The notes: generated by a model not told the origin, from the sequence alone. Shown: positions 1-9,197, counted from the first letter of the stretch. The stretch is DNA of 32,000 nucleotides from Ignicoccus islandicus DSM 13165 (GCF_001481685.1 NZ_CP006867.1:720001-752000); one strand, 5' to 3'. Numbers and translations are program-made.

Positions 1-1305
1 CTAGAGAAGATCAGGCCTACCAAAGAGGAATACGAGAAAAGAGACAAGCTTTTCAGGAAGATAAAGGAAGTAGCTGTTAGAGTTCTCAAGGATGAAAAGG
101 TTGAAGCTGAGGTCACTCTCCAAGGGAGTGCAGCCAAGGAAACATGGATAAGAAACAATTTAGAGCTAGATGTATTCGTATTATTTCCCGTAAGTACAAA
201 GGAATGGCTAAAAGTGACTGGCCTAAGAATAATTGAGAAGATCGCTGAAAAAATTGGTAAATACGAGATACGATACGCGGAGCATCCTTACGTGAGGTTG
301 AAAGTTGAGGGCGTGAAAGTAGACCTCGTCCCGGCCTTCAAAGTAAGCGACGGACGCGAAGCGATAACTGCTGTAGATAGGACGCCATTTCACACTAAGT
401 GGGTAATAGAGAAGTTGAACGAAATGGGTGAGAACTCACGTGATGAGGTCCGATTGTTAAAAGCTTTCTTTAAGGGAATAGAAGTTTATGGGGCCGAAAT
501 TAAAGTACAAGGCTTCTCGGGTTACGTTACAGAGCTCTTAGTAATAAACTATGGTGGATTCGCGGAAGCTTTGAGCTCTATTTCTCAATGGCGACCACCA
601 GTTTTCGTGGATCCAGGGAACTTCGGCTCGAAAGCTAAGTTCCTACACAAGTTCCGTGGTTCACCGATGGTACTACCCGATCCAGTTGACCCCAATAGGA
701 ACGCGGCAGCTTCAGTATCACTTGAATCTCTAGCTTTGGCTAGCTTGGCTAGTTGGAGGTACATAACTAATCCGTCACCAAGGTTCTACTTTAAACCACC
801 AGCACCAGATGTAAAGGCAGAAAGGCCTACTTACTTGATTAGTTTTACATTGAATCCCGGATATCCTCCGGAAACCATCTGGGGTGAGTTAAAGAGAATA
901 TCTAGATCACTCATATCGACTCTCCGCAGAGCAGGTTTTGAAATAACGCGATACAAGTTATGGAGTGACGAAGAGAAAGAGGCGGCCATAGCTATAGAGA
1001 TGATTAATGACGTATTGAGTCGCGAGGTAGTCCGGATAGGTCCACCAATATGGGAGAAGAAACATCTCCTAAGTTTCTTCACTGCACATGATAAAGTGTT
1101 AGCGGGGCCTTGGGTAGAAGGCGATAGAGTGTACTTGATAGAACCTAGGGATGTAACTTCGTTTACGGAATTCGTAAGAGGTGTAATAAGTCGATATAGG
1201 TCAAAGAGCATAAATTTGGAAAGCGTTGAAATTAAGAAGATACTTCAGCCTAAAACTGAATGGCTTCGGTGGTTTGTTTACGGGAAGTATTGGTGGTGGA
1301 CGTAG
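1..1305 (+). CDS. cca: Archaeal CCA-adding enzyme (tRNA nucleotidyltransferase), 5'-truncated by window edge
   Basis: The frame is open from base 1 (LEKIRPTKEEYEKRDKLFRKIKEVAVRVLKDEKVEAEVTLQGSAAKETWIRNNLELDVFVLFP...) and runs into the track ORF 214..1305. The G-S-x(10-12)-D-x-D nucleotidyltransferase signature (GSAAKETWIRNNLELDVFVLFP) lies upstream of the track's GTG start, so the real gene begins before the window. Confidence 0.93.
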   Translation, partial: LEKIRPTKEEYEKRDKLFRKIKEVAVRVLKDEKVEAEVTLQGSAAKETWIRNNLELDVFVLFPVSTKEWLKVTGLRIIEKIAEKIGKYEIRYAEHPYVRLKVEGVKVDLVPAFKVSDGREAITAVDRTPFHTKWVIEKLNEMGENSRDEVRLLKAFFKGIEVYGAEIKVQGFSGYVTELLVINYGGFAEALSSISQWRPPVFVDPGNFGSKAKFLHKFRGSPMVLPDPVDPNRNAAASVSLESLALASLASWRYITNPSPRFYFKPPAPDVKAERPTYLISFTLNPGYPPETIWGELKRISRSLISTLRRAGFEITRYKLWSDEEKEAAIAIEMINDVLSREVVRIGPPIWEKKHLLSFFTAHDKVLAGPWVEGDRVYLIEPRDVTSFTEFVRGVISRYRSKSINLESVEIKKILQPKTEWLRWFVYGKYWWWT

Positions 1306-2024
1306 AATGCTACGACATCGACGAGTTTCCAGTATGCTATCCTCAAACTAATGGGTGTTTTATTAGAGACGAACTCAAGAAAAGCAACATCGAGTGCGCA
1401 ATCTCCTATGGTAGGCGAGAAATCGGCGAGTATAAGGTCTTAGGCATTGGATTTAGAGGCTTGGTTTTCCTTGCGAGACACTCTACTGGCATAGTTGCGG
1501 TGAAGGTTCCCCGAATCGATCGGCTTTACGATATGAGACAAGAAGCCTTAAATCAAAAGTTAGCCTATCCCTATGCACCGAAAGTGTATGAATACTCGAA
1601 ATACTTTCTCGTTATGGAATACATTGAGTGTCCAGATCTATTAGATGTAGTTCAAGGACTATTGGCGGAAGATAACGTTCAAAGCATCAGAAAAGTTGTT
1701 TGCGATGTACTAAAAGCGGGCTATCAGCTTGATCAAAGAGGTATAGATCATGGAGAATTGGTTAGACCATGGGACCACGTTAAAGTGTGTAAAAACAGAG
1801 TGGTCTTTATAGATTTCAATAGCTCATCTATACATAGGAGACCTTCGAACTTAACCTCACTAATTTCGGCCTTGTTACTAAAGCCCTCACTTCCTTCATC
1901 TAGAATAGCTAACCTCCTAAACGTCGATAGAGCTAAACTGATAGAATTGTTAAGGGTTTATAAGAAAACACGAAACGAGCATTCTTTTAATAGGATTATC
2001 AAGATGGTGTGCCTATTAAATTAG
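1293..2024 (+). CDS. Predicted Ser/Thr protein kinase-like protein (COG2112-like)
   Basis: Track ORF 1260..2024. P-loop-like LGIGFRGLVFLA, VAVKVPR lysine, DHGELVRPWDHVKV catalytic-loop-like and VVFIDFNSSS metal-binding-loop-like motifs. Starts likely at tandem GTG codons 1293/1296, overlapping the cca stop. Confidence 0.7.
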   Translation: MVDVECYDIDEFPVCYPQTNGCFIRDELKKSNIECAISYGRREIGEYKVLGIGFRGLVFLARHSTGIVAVKVPRIDRLYDMRQEALNQKLAYPYAPKVYEYSKYFLVMEYIECPDLLDVVQGLLAEDNVQSIRKVVCDVLKAGYQLDQRGIDHGELVRPWDHVKVCKNRVVFIDFNSSSIHRRPSNLTSLISALLLKPSLPSSRIANLLNVDRAKLIELLRVYKKTRNEHSFNRIIKMVCLLN

Positions 2025-5000
2025 CGAACCATATGCTTAGCGCAATCAACGTAAGCACTATTGTAATGGAACTTATCGCAAAGGACATAGCTTGAAGTAC
2101 GTTACCTGGTGTTTGAGTAGAGCTGACAATTCCAATTGACAGTAGCATCGCGCTAGAGAGTAGTATTACTAAAGGTAGTTTCCTCCAAGGGTTCCAGGGC
2201 TGTATAGTACCACTCCTCATGAGCTTTGGTAGAACTTCCTCAATGGGTTGCACTTTTTCAGATTCAATAGGCTTACGATTCTCTTCTACTTCCAGTTGGA
2301 TAATTGAGTTTCCGAGAGGTACCATTAGTTCTTTGCTTCCTATTGTCACCTTAATTGATTCCTTCGGGTATACTAGTGCCACGGCTCCATTAACTTCTAA
2401 TTCATATTTATCGTCAATCTTTATCTTCGCTTTACTCAAGTCTTTAAATAAGCTTCTCGATTCTATTATTTCAATGATAGTTGAATGGTAATCGTACTTT
2501 AGTGGATCGTCTAGATATATAACTACTGGAGCCACGAGCTTCTTAAATCCTTTCGATATTAAGAGCGGTGGCAACGTAGCTTTGTGAACTATACCATTTT
2601 TCTCTATTACCTCTAAATCTATGTTCCCTGAGAGCCATTCATATGGAACCATGACAGTAGTAGTTCCGTTTACCGAATATTCTAGGTAGGTGTCGTTTGA
2701 ATAGAGTTTTAGTTTAACATCATAGGGCTTTCCATACTTAAGCACAGTAAAGGTCACGGTCGCATTAACTGGTGCAACCTTTTGGGGCGTAGGGACGTCT
2801 ATTACAATCGTAGTTCCGTCTAACTTTACGTTATAAATCTTATCGGAAACTTGTAATACTGCGGAATCGCTCGGTACGATGATTATGCCTACGCCGTTGT
2901 CCAATCGCACCGGGATACCATTTATCTTTATTATAGATGGTATGGGCGTGCCCTTGTACTGGGTAACGACTGTAGCATATCGGTAATTCGGATTTGTCTG
3001 GTATCCTTTGCAAATTATGCTAATAGATGCTGGTACTTTATTGTAAGATAACTTAACGCCCCTGATCGTGTTGTTATCAATTAGTATGGTCAATGGCGTT
3101 TCGAGCCATTGCTGGGGTATTAGTACTGAAGTCTTATTTTGAGATAGTACGTAATTAAGCGAGTACATTCCATCGGTTAACACAAGGTTAGTTCCGTTTA
3201 ATCCGTAGAGATACACGTTAATTGGTGTGTCTAGAGGATACGGCGGTGGAGATCGTGGTAGCTCTCTTTTGTAGGGAATCTTTATGATAATTTCGTTACC
3301 GCCTAAGTTGAACTTAAGCTTTTTATTCAATACCGTTAAAGTTACTTCCTTTTTAGGGTATACGAGAACTATTGAGCCGTTTATCTGAAGGTTGTATTTA
3401 TCATCGAGGATTACGTCTACGTTTGCCGGTTTGTTAACCTCATCGTAGACCGCAATTATCTTGGACGAGTAATAGTTGTAACTAGGTGTCTCTTTAATTA
3501 GAATATAGAGAGGGGATTGTATAGCAGTTCCATTGAAGTTGGTCAGTAGAGGAGGTATCTGCGTCTTGTGAACGTTTTGATTAACTATAATATTAAGTAG
3601 AAGATATTTACTGAGCCAATCTGAGGGTATTGCTATGTACGTACTGCTAGAGTTAACGAAATACTTTAAGTATTCCTCTCCGTCCGATATTGAAATTATT
3701 GCGCTTACAGGTCTTAACATGTGAATTACCATGTATGCATCTAGATTACTCAAGTGCTCTTCAGATGGAACCTTTAGGTAGACGGTCTGGCCGTTTAGAG
3801 CTATGTTGTATTCCTTCCCATTAAATGTGATTTTCAAGAGCTTCTTTGGATATACAATGACAGTTGCACCATTTACTGGGAGCCGATACTTATTGTCTAA
3901 AATTACGATTCCTTTAGTTACGTTTCCTCCTTGATCTTCGACTACAATTCTTACAGTATAGTAATTATAGAAAGCATACGTTGTATTGACGAATATATTT
4001 ATATCAGAGAGACTATTTCCTACTTTTAGAACTGGTAAGGTGAAGTTTAACATCCTAAGCGTATTGTTCTCATTTACTATCAGTGTAGCCGATAACGTAC
4101 TTGAGACCCAGTCCTTCGGTAGAGCTATTATTGTCTCATTTGAGATAACGTAGCTTAGAGTGTATATATCTTTTCTTAGTTTTAATATGCCATTTTCAGC
4201 ACCATGAAGGTTTAGTTTAATCATCTCAGTTAAAGGCTGTGGAGGTATAATTGTCTCGTTCCTTTGTTTCTTGTATAAGATAGGGAGCCTTATTTCATTT
4301 ATGCCGAGTGGCACAAGTAAACTTGACTCGGAATCGTCACTACCGATTACTCTCAATGGCAAGACTGGGTAATCGGGAACGATTAGCTTGAATCTATCCT
4401 TCTTTACTACTACCCAGCTATGCCCACTGTTGCAACTGACGGAAAGCGGTGACGGTAGCTCCGAGTAAACCTCAATGGTGTGACCGCTCTTTACGCCATT
4501 ACCTGGACAGAAGGCTACCCAATCTCCATCGTTTACTCTAAAGGTTGTATAATAGGAATTGTTTACCTTGGCGTTGATATCGACTTTACACGGAAGGAGC
4601 ACGTATTGTGGATATGGTCCTACTTTTAGTCTCATTAAAGTAGAGTTGAAGTATAAGTCTACGGATATAGGCTCCGGTGAAACTAGGAAGGCGCCACAAG
4701 CAGTATAGGATACGGGTTTCGGTACTTTTACATAGACGCTTGTTGTTGTTGGCGATATAACTAGGCTTTTAGATATCCTACTTCCATTGAGAGAGGCTAT
4801 CGATATTACTTGAGTTGTTGGAGGTATCGCTAAATAGCACTCTTTAGGACATTCTACTAGGTTTGAATCTATTATCAAGGCAAACTTTTCATCGGATTCC
4901 ACTTTGACCAGTCTTAGTACTGGTGCATTAGGTATTACGATAATTTTGGAATTGGAAAGCAAATCGAAGGATGTTATTAATGTACTGTTGTTTACCCTAA

Positions 5001-6003
5001 GTATAGCATCTCCAGAGCACGGTATTGCTAATCTCAAACTGACGTAGGGTGGTGCGGTAGAGCGTATTTTTAGGCCCTTTAGTGACTCTATCAGAATCGA
5101 ATTAGATTGATTCGATGCTACAACGATCTCACTTTCACACTCTAACGAGTACTCGGAAGTCCCCAGAGAGGACAGTTTCTTAACAGTATTGCAAGAGAGT
5201 GGTACTATTACGTCTTTCGCCAAACTTTCGTAATATTGCCATGAGGTTACCGGAAGGAACTGAAAATCATTGAAAACAGATATTACATACCTAATCGTAG
5301 GGAAAGTAAACACTATCTTCGTTATTCCTCCTATATTTAATATTTGTGGAGGCGATGACGGATTGACGCTAGTAAGGATTAGCTTGGCCTTGTTGCAGTT
5401 AGCTAAATAGTATTCTGCTAGGTCTCCTAATTCCGAAGAACTTTTTGCTGATAACTTAAAATACGCATTCTCACCACTGCTGAGAAGAATTATATGTAAC
5501 CTCTCATTGAAATTCTCTGAACCTCCTTCTACTTGGTATACACTGTATCCATTAAAGAAGGTGCTCTCAGATGTCATAGTCATCGAATACTTGATGGAAT
5601 AGAGTACATGACCATTCGGTAAGAGAACAGGTTCGTTAAACGTCACGTTTTTGGAGATAATTCGAGATACTCCGATAAAGGGAAATATGGATTTGGTTAC
5701 GCATCTAGCTATAGAAATCAATGGCGTTTGCTCGATTAAACATCTAGTTAGGTTGCGTTCAATCGCTTCTTCCACCTTCTCTTGAAGGGATTTAGACACA
5801 GTTTCAACGCTTACTTTCAAATTATTGAATTTTAAGTCTCTTATACTTAGATTGCCGTCAATTGATACGTGCATGTATGATGGTTTTAAATAAGTTAACG
5901 CTGAGGGATTCGAATAATCTATTGTCAGATTAATTTGCATTGAATTGACTACAATTAACACCATCAAGAGTGCTATTGTAACCCTCATTGAAGTTATTCC
6001 CAA
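1999..6003 (-). CDS. Very large predicted secreted/membrane-anchored surface protein with internal repeats
   Basis: 1334-aa ORF. N-terminal hydrophobic signal (MRVTIALLMVLIVVNSM, probable ATG at 5988), many N-x-S/T sequons, four copies of a two-module beta-rich repeat, and two C-terminal hydrophobic segments (LPLVILLSSAMLLSIGIV; ISSITIVLTLIALSIWFANLI). Confidence 0.8.
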   Translation of the reverse strand: MGITSMRVTIALLMVLIVVNSMQINLTIDYSNPSALTYLKPSYMHVSIDGNLSIRDLKFNNLKVSVETVSKSLQEKVEEAIERNLTRCLIEQTPLISIARCVTKSIFPFIGVSRIISKNVTFNEPVLLPNGHVLYSIKYSMTMTSESTFFNGYSVYQVEGGSENFNERLHIILLSSGENAYFKLSAKSSSELGDLAEYYLANCNKAKLILTSVNPSSPPQILNIGGITKIVFTFPTIRYVISVFNDFQFLPVTSWQYYESLAKDVIVPLSCNTVKKLSSLGTSEYSLECESEIVVASNQSNSILIESLKGLKIRSTAPPYVSLRLAIPCSGDAILRVNNSTLITSFDLLSNSKIIVIPNAPVLRLVKVESDEKFALIIDSNLVECPKECYLAIPPTTQVISIASLNGSRISKSLVISPTTTSVYVKVPKPVSYTACGAFLVSPEPISVDLYFNSTLMRLKVGPYPQYVLLPCKVDINAKVNNSYYTTFRVNDGDWVAFCPGNGVKSGHTIEVYSELPSPLSVSCNSGHSWVVVKKDRFKLIVPDYPVLPLRVIGSDDSESSLLVPLGINEIRLPILYKKQRNETIIPPQPLTEMIKLNLHGAENGILKLRKDIYTLSYVISNETIIALPKDWVSSTLSATLIVNENNTLRMLNFTLPVLKVGNSLSDINIFVNTTYAFYNYYTVRIVVEDQGGNVTKGIVILDNKYRLPVNGATVIVYPKKLLKITFNGKEYNIALNGQTVYLKVPSEEHLSNLDAYMVIHMLRPVSAIISISDGEEYLKYFVNSSSTYIAIPSDWLSKYLLLNIIVNQNVHKTQIPPLLTNFNGTAIQSPLYILIKETPSYNYYSSKIIAVYDEVNKPANVDVILDDKYNLQINGSIVLVYPKKEVTLTVLNKKLKFNLGGNEIIIKIPYKRELPRSPPPYPLDTPINVYLYGLNGTNLVLTDGMYSLNYVLSQNKTSVLIPQQWLETPLTILIDNNTIRGVKLSYNKVPASISIICKGYQTNPNYRYATVVTQYKGTPIPSIIKINGIPVRLDNGVGIIIVPSDSAVLQVSDKIYNVKLDGTTIVIDVPTPQKVAPVNATVTFTVLKYGKPYDVKLKLYSNDTYLEYSVNGTTTVMVPYEWLSGNIDLEVIEKNGIVHKATLPPLLISKGFKKLVAPVVIYLDDPLKYDYHSTIIEIIESRSLFKDLSKAKIKIDDKYELEVNGAVALVYPKESIKVTIGSKELMVPLGNSIIQLEVEENRKPIESEKVQPIEEVLPKLMRSGTIQPWNPWRKLPLVILLSSAMLLSIGIVSSTQTPGNVLQAMSFAISSITIVLTLIALSIWFANLIGTPS
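2285..4235 (-). repeat. Four-fold protein-level tandem repeat (about 160-170 aa period) inside the 1334-aa surface protein
   Basis: Module marker 'I/V-x-x-P-x-x-W-L/V-x-x' occurs four times (IALPKDWVSS, IAIPSDWLSK, VLIPQQWLET, VMVPYEWLSG), alternating with 'Y-x-Y-(Y/H/A)...V-x-(L/I)-D-(N/D)-K-Y-x-L-x-(V/I)-N-G-...-V-Y-P-K' modules (YNYYTVRIVVEDQ..., YNYYSSKIIAVYDE..., NYRYATVVTQY..., YDYHSTIIEII...). The DNA spacing of the W motifs is roughly 0.5 kb. Boundaries approximate. Confidence 0.75.
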
Positions 6004-6037
6004 AATGGGGATGTATAGATAAGTTAGTAAACTATTT

Positions 6038-6075
6038 GCCTACCATACTAAATTGGGATAAAGAAAATGGTAGGC
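6038..6075. promoter_or_regulatory. 9-bp perfect inverted repeat (GCCTACCAT...ATGGTAGGC) spanning the promoter/start of the HTH gene
   Basis: Arms 6038-6046 and 6067-6075 with a 20-nt spacer. The right arm begins with the ATG of the HTH regulator. Confidence 0.4.
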
Positions 6076-6672
6076 GAAAGCATTTCTCTTAAAGAGGGCG
6101 ATCTAATTGAGATAGACTTAAGTCACGTACCCTTACGTCCATCTTCCAAGAAAGAGATCATGGAACTAGAAACAGCTCTAATTATTGGAACAATATACAG
6201 ACCAGAAGTGTTACAGCTTATCCTCGATCCAGTAGAGAAGGCTACTTGGGTAGACAGTTTAGCTGTCGCAGCAGGAGCTCTAGCAAGAGAGAAAGCAGGC
6301 TACCCTATCTCCAAAATCGCAGAGGAGCTTGGTAGAAGCGAATCCACTGTAAGGAATCATCTCAAAGGCAAAACAAAGGCAGGAAAACTCGTGCGTGAAA
6401 CATACGAACTTCTTGCCAGAGGTGAACTGAAGTTAGTAATTCCAATTAAGGGCGTCCTAGTAACTCAAGATAAAATTAAGGAACTCGAAGAACGCGTCAA
6501 AGAACTAGAGAAAGAAAACGCTGAGCTTAAGGAAAAACTTCAGCAAACAGAGACCCAAGAGAAGGTGGAGGAACTAATGAAGAGAATAGAATCTCTTCAA
6601 AAAGAACTAGAAGAGAAAGAGAGAATCTTGTCAGAAATAAGGAAACTTGTATGTACTACCATCCATTCTTAA
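6067..6672 (+). CDS. HTH-domain regulatory protein with C-terminal coiled coil (COG1356-like)
   Basis: 201-aa ORF with HTH 'YPISKIAEELGRSESTVRNHLKGKTKAGKLVRETYELLARGELKLV' followed by a long Glu/Lys-rich heptad coiled-coil region. Confidence 0.65.
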   Translation: MVGESISLKEGDLIEIDLSHVPLRPSSKKEIMELETALIIGTIYRPEVLQLILDPVEKATWVDSLAVAAGALAREKAGYPISKIAEELGRSESTVRNHLKGKTKAGKLVRETYELLARGELKLVIPIKGVLVTQDKIKELEERVKELEKENAELKEKLQQTETQEKVEELMKRIESLQKELEEKERILSEIRKLVCTTIHS

Positions 6673-7321
6673 GCGATTCCCTTAAACTAATCCAAAGTTT
6701 CTTACCCCCCGCCGTTCTCTTAGGAGGTACTAGTATCTCTTCAGCAGCTCTTTCTGGATGAGGCATTAGTCCGACGACATTAGGGTGCTTCTCAGAATAT
6801 AATCCGGCAACGTTCCAAAGGCTACCATTTGGGTTTTCAATGTACCTAAACGCTACAGACAACGGTTCAGTAACTGAAAAGAATCTACCTTCTGCATGTG
6901 CGATTGGTAAATCAATCACCTCGTTTTCTTCATATTCTCTTGTCCAAGGCGTCTTAACTGACTCTACCTTAACTTTTACCCACTTACAAATAAACCTATT
7001 ATTGATATTGTGTAATAATGCGACATCACCAAATATTCCTCTCTCAACTAACATTTGGAAACCGTTACAGATACCCAATACAGGTTTCCCTTGCTCTATT
7101 GCTATAGAAACCTCTTCCATAGCGTTTGAACGCGCAGCAATCGCGCCGGCTCTTAGTCGGTCTGCGTAACTAAAGCCCCCCGCTAGTACTATTGCGTCGT
7201 AATCCTTTTCCTTGAAGTCTTTATGCCAGACTATTTCAGCCGTCATTCCATAAAGTCTAACTACGTGTGCAACGTCTTCGTCTCCATTAGTACCCGGAAA
7301 TTTGAGTACTGCTACTTTTAT
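6656..7321 (-). CDS. purQ: Phosphoribosylformylglycinamidine synthase glutaminase subunit PurQ, predicted AUA start
   Basis: Track ORF 6656..7246 (AGGFSYADRLRAGAIAA, GKPVLGICNGFQMLVERG, NVVGLMPHPERA). The in-frame upstream extension encodes the conserved PurQ N-terminus KVAVLKFPGTNGDEDVAHVVRLYG. The only plausible initiator in that stretch is ATA at 7321-7319, preceded by GGAGGTGA. Confidence 0.85.
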   Translation of the reverse strand: MKVAVLKFPGTNGDEDVAHVVRLYGMTAEIVWHKDFKEKDYDAIVLAGGFSYADRLRAGAIAARSNAMEEVSIAIEQGKPVLGICNGFQMLVERGIFGDVALLHNINNRFICKWVKVKVESVKTPWTREYEENEVIDLPIAHAEGRFFSVTEPLSVAFRYIENPNGSLWNVAGLYSEKHPNVVGLMPHPERAAEEILVPPKRTAGGKKLWISLRESLKNGW

Positions 7322-7580
7322 ATAACCTCACCTCCATCTCATGAATCACTGGATTAAAGATTCTTAACTCCTTACATAATCTAGTTACTTTCTCAATGGC
7401 AGATTCTTCGCTGTCAGCAACGACATTAAATAAGAACCACTTCCCAGTTCTCAAGGAAGTTACGTCTTTTCCCAGATTGGAACGACTTACTAACTCATTA
7501 AATATCGTTTCTGCTTCTGGATCTCGTGCGACTTTTTTGTTTCGTATTATTACCTCTACCTGGTATTCCATTGATGTCAA
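7287..7580 (-). CDS. purS: Phosphoribosylformylglycinamidine synthase subunit PurS
   Basis: Small ORF in a pur cluster. PurS-like 'YQVEVIIRNKKVARDPEAETIFNEL...VADSEESAIEKVTRLCKELRIFNPVIHEMEV'. TTG start at 7580 or ATG at 7571. Confidence 0.85.
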   Translation of the reverse strand: MTSMEYQVEVIIRNKKVARDPEAETIFNELVSRSNLGKDVTSLRTGKWFLFNVVADSEESAIEKVTRLCKELRIFNPVIHEMEVRLYKSSSTQISGY

Positions 7581-7581
7581 C

Positions 7582-8280
7582 TCATAGCACCTTTATTAGG
7601 TCATTTAAGAGCACTTTATAGGCATCTAAGGTTTCCCTACCGCTTTTTCCCTTCCGGAATAGGTCTTTATCGTAAGAGGATCCATCTTTCCACGCTCTGA
7701 ATACGTCGGGACTTAATTCATCTATTAATATGAACTCATCCCCCCTTTTACCGAACTCTAATTTTAGGTCAACTAGTTCATATCCGGCTCGTTCGAATAA
7801 TTCTCTGAGAATATCATTTATCCTTAACGAAAGGTCTCTTAGGTGCTTAAGTTCTTCCTCACTTAATAATCCGGCAGCAATTGGATCATCGTATGAGAGT
7901 AAAGGATCATGTAACTCATCACTCTTGAAATGTATTTCGAAGATAGGTTTCTTCAATTTCTCACCTTTCTTAAATAATGGCATTCTCTTAAGTAAACTTC
8001 CGAAGGCGTAGTTTCTGACGATGAATTCCAGTGGAAGAGGTTCTGATCGTAGTGCTATTATTTTGTTAGAATCTCGGCTTACAAATTGAGTCGGAATGCC
8101 TCTCTCATTTAAGTATCTCATTAAAACCTCTGTGAAGATTGCATTAACTTCGCCTTTACCATTCACAGTCTCTATTTTTTCGCCGTCGAATGCAGAGAAG
8201 GTATCTTTAAACTCAAGTAAAACCTTGTCTTCGTCTAACTTGTATACCCTTTTGGATTTTCCCTCATATAGAAGATCCAA
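7582..8280 (-). CDS. purC: Phosphoribosylaminoimidazole-succinocarboxamide synthase
   Basis: YEGKSKRVY, DTFSAFDGEK, FIVRNYAFGSL, LVDLKLEFG, LIDELSPDVFRAW motifs. TTG start behind GGTGG. Confidence 0.95.
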   Translation of the reverse strand: MDLLYEGKSKRVYKLDEDKVLLEFKDTFSAFDGEKIETVNGKGEVNAIFTEVLMRYLNERGIPTQFVSRDSNKIIALRSEPLPLEFIVRNYAFGSLLKRMPLFKKGEKLKKPIFEIHFKSDELHDPLLSYDDPIAAGLLSEEELKHLRDLSLRINDILRELFERAGYELVDLKLEFGKRGDEFILIDELSPDVFRAWKDGSSYDKDLFRKGKSGRETLDAYKVLLNDLIKVL

Positions 8281-8339
8281 AAACCCACCTCAGGCTAGAA
8301 CTAATTATACTTAATAATTTAACTTCGTTTGAGGTCTAT

Positions 8340-9188
8340 ATGAGCAAAAATTTACTTTACACAACGATAATCATTCTAAGTTGCTTAGGAACTGTAAACG
8401 CAGTCTATTATAGTGCCCCAAGGACTCTGACTATGGTTTTTAGAAACGGGACAGACATCTATACTATCATAAATTGGCAAAAGGATTTACATCTCGAGGG
8501 ACAAGCATCAGTTATATACAAACTGAAGATAGTAACACAGACCGTTACCCCGACTAGTTGCATAGTTGTTATAGGCACGAAAGTGTTAGATGCACCAATA
8601 ATGGACGCTGGAAACTACTTCCTTGTTTCCTTTCCAGAGAAGGCTGAACTTATGCAATGTAGTGGAATCGCGGAGATGAATGAGACCTACGTAGGTAAGG
8701 AAGTCGTTTTGGACGTCTTTGTTACTATTAATACAGCTACATTTTATTCTCTTAGGCAAATTATCAGTATCACCATTGCTCATGATGAATGGAAAAGAGT
8801 AAACTGGACGCAAATACTCCCATCTCCAGCAGAACTCATGCCTAGTTGTGAGGTCCGTTGTTCACAAGTCTATGCTACGATGTACGTAAGTCGAGGAGCA
8901 ATTACTAGCAGCGGCAAAATCGTCCTACCAGAAACATCTTTCAAAGCAATGGGTTTCTTAAAACCGTGTTTAGGAGAAATTCCCATTCTGAGTATTAACG
9001 AACTAAGAACAATCACGTATAACTTCGTTACTTCGTTTACCCCTATCTTTAAACCTCTCGAAAACGCAAACAGTGAAACGTCTTCAATACCAATTGTCAG
9101 TTTAATGATAATCATGTCCTATTCAATATGGAGGCTAAAAGGTAGAAGAAAGATTATTACTTATGTTTCGCATGAACGGAATGGTTAG
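8340..9188 (+). CDS. Hypothetical secreted protein with C-terminal membrane anchor
   Basis: 282 aa. N-terminal signal-like MSKNLLYTTIIILSCLGTVNAVYY; C-terminal hydrophobic segment IPIVSLMIIMSYSIWRLKGRRK; ectodomain with several cysteines (SCIVV, CSGI, SCEVRCSQ, CLGEI). Confidence 0.6.
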   Translation: MSKNLLYTTIIILSCLGTVNAVYYSAPRTLTMVFRNGTDIYTIINWQKDLHLEGQASVIYKLKIVTQTVTPTSCIVVIGTKVLDAPIMDAGNYFLVSFPEKAELMQCSGIAEMNETYVGKEVVLDVFVTINTATFYSLRQIISITIAHDEWKRVNWTQILPSPAELMPSCEVRCSQVYATMYVSRGAITSSGKIVLPETSFKAMGFLKPCLGEIPILSINELRTITYNFVTSFTPIFKPLENANSETSSIPIVSLMIIMSYSIWRLKGRRKIITYVSHERNG

Positions 9189-9197
9189 AGTGAGAGG

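Noticed and set aside
6067-6672. Treating the coiled-coil HTH protein as a structural or chromosome-segregation protein
   Set aside because: Its N-terminal half reads as a clear HTH regulator; the coiled coil alone does not support an SMC-like role.
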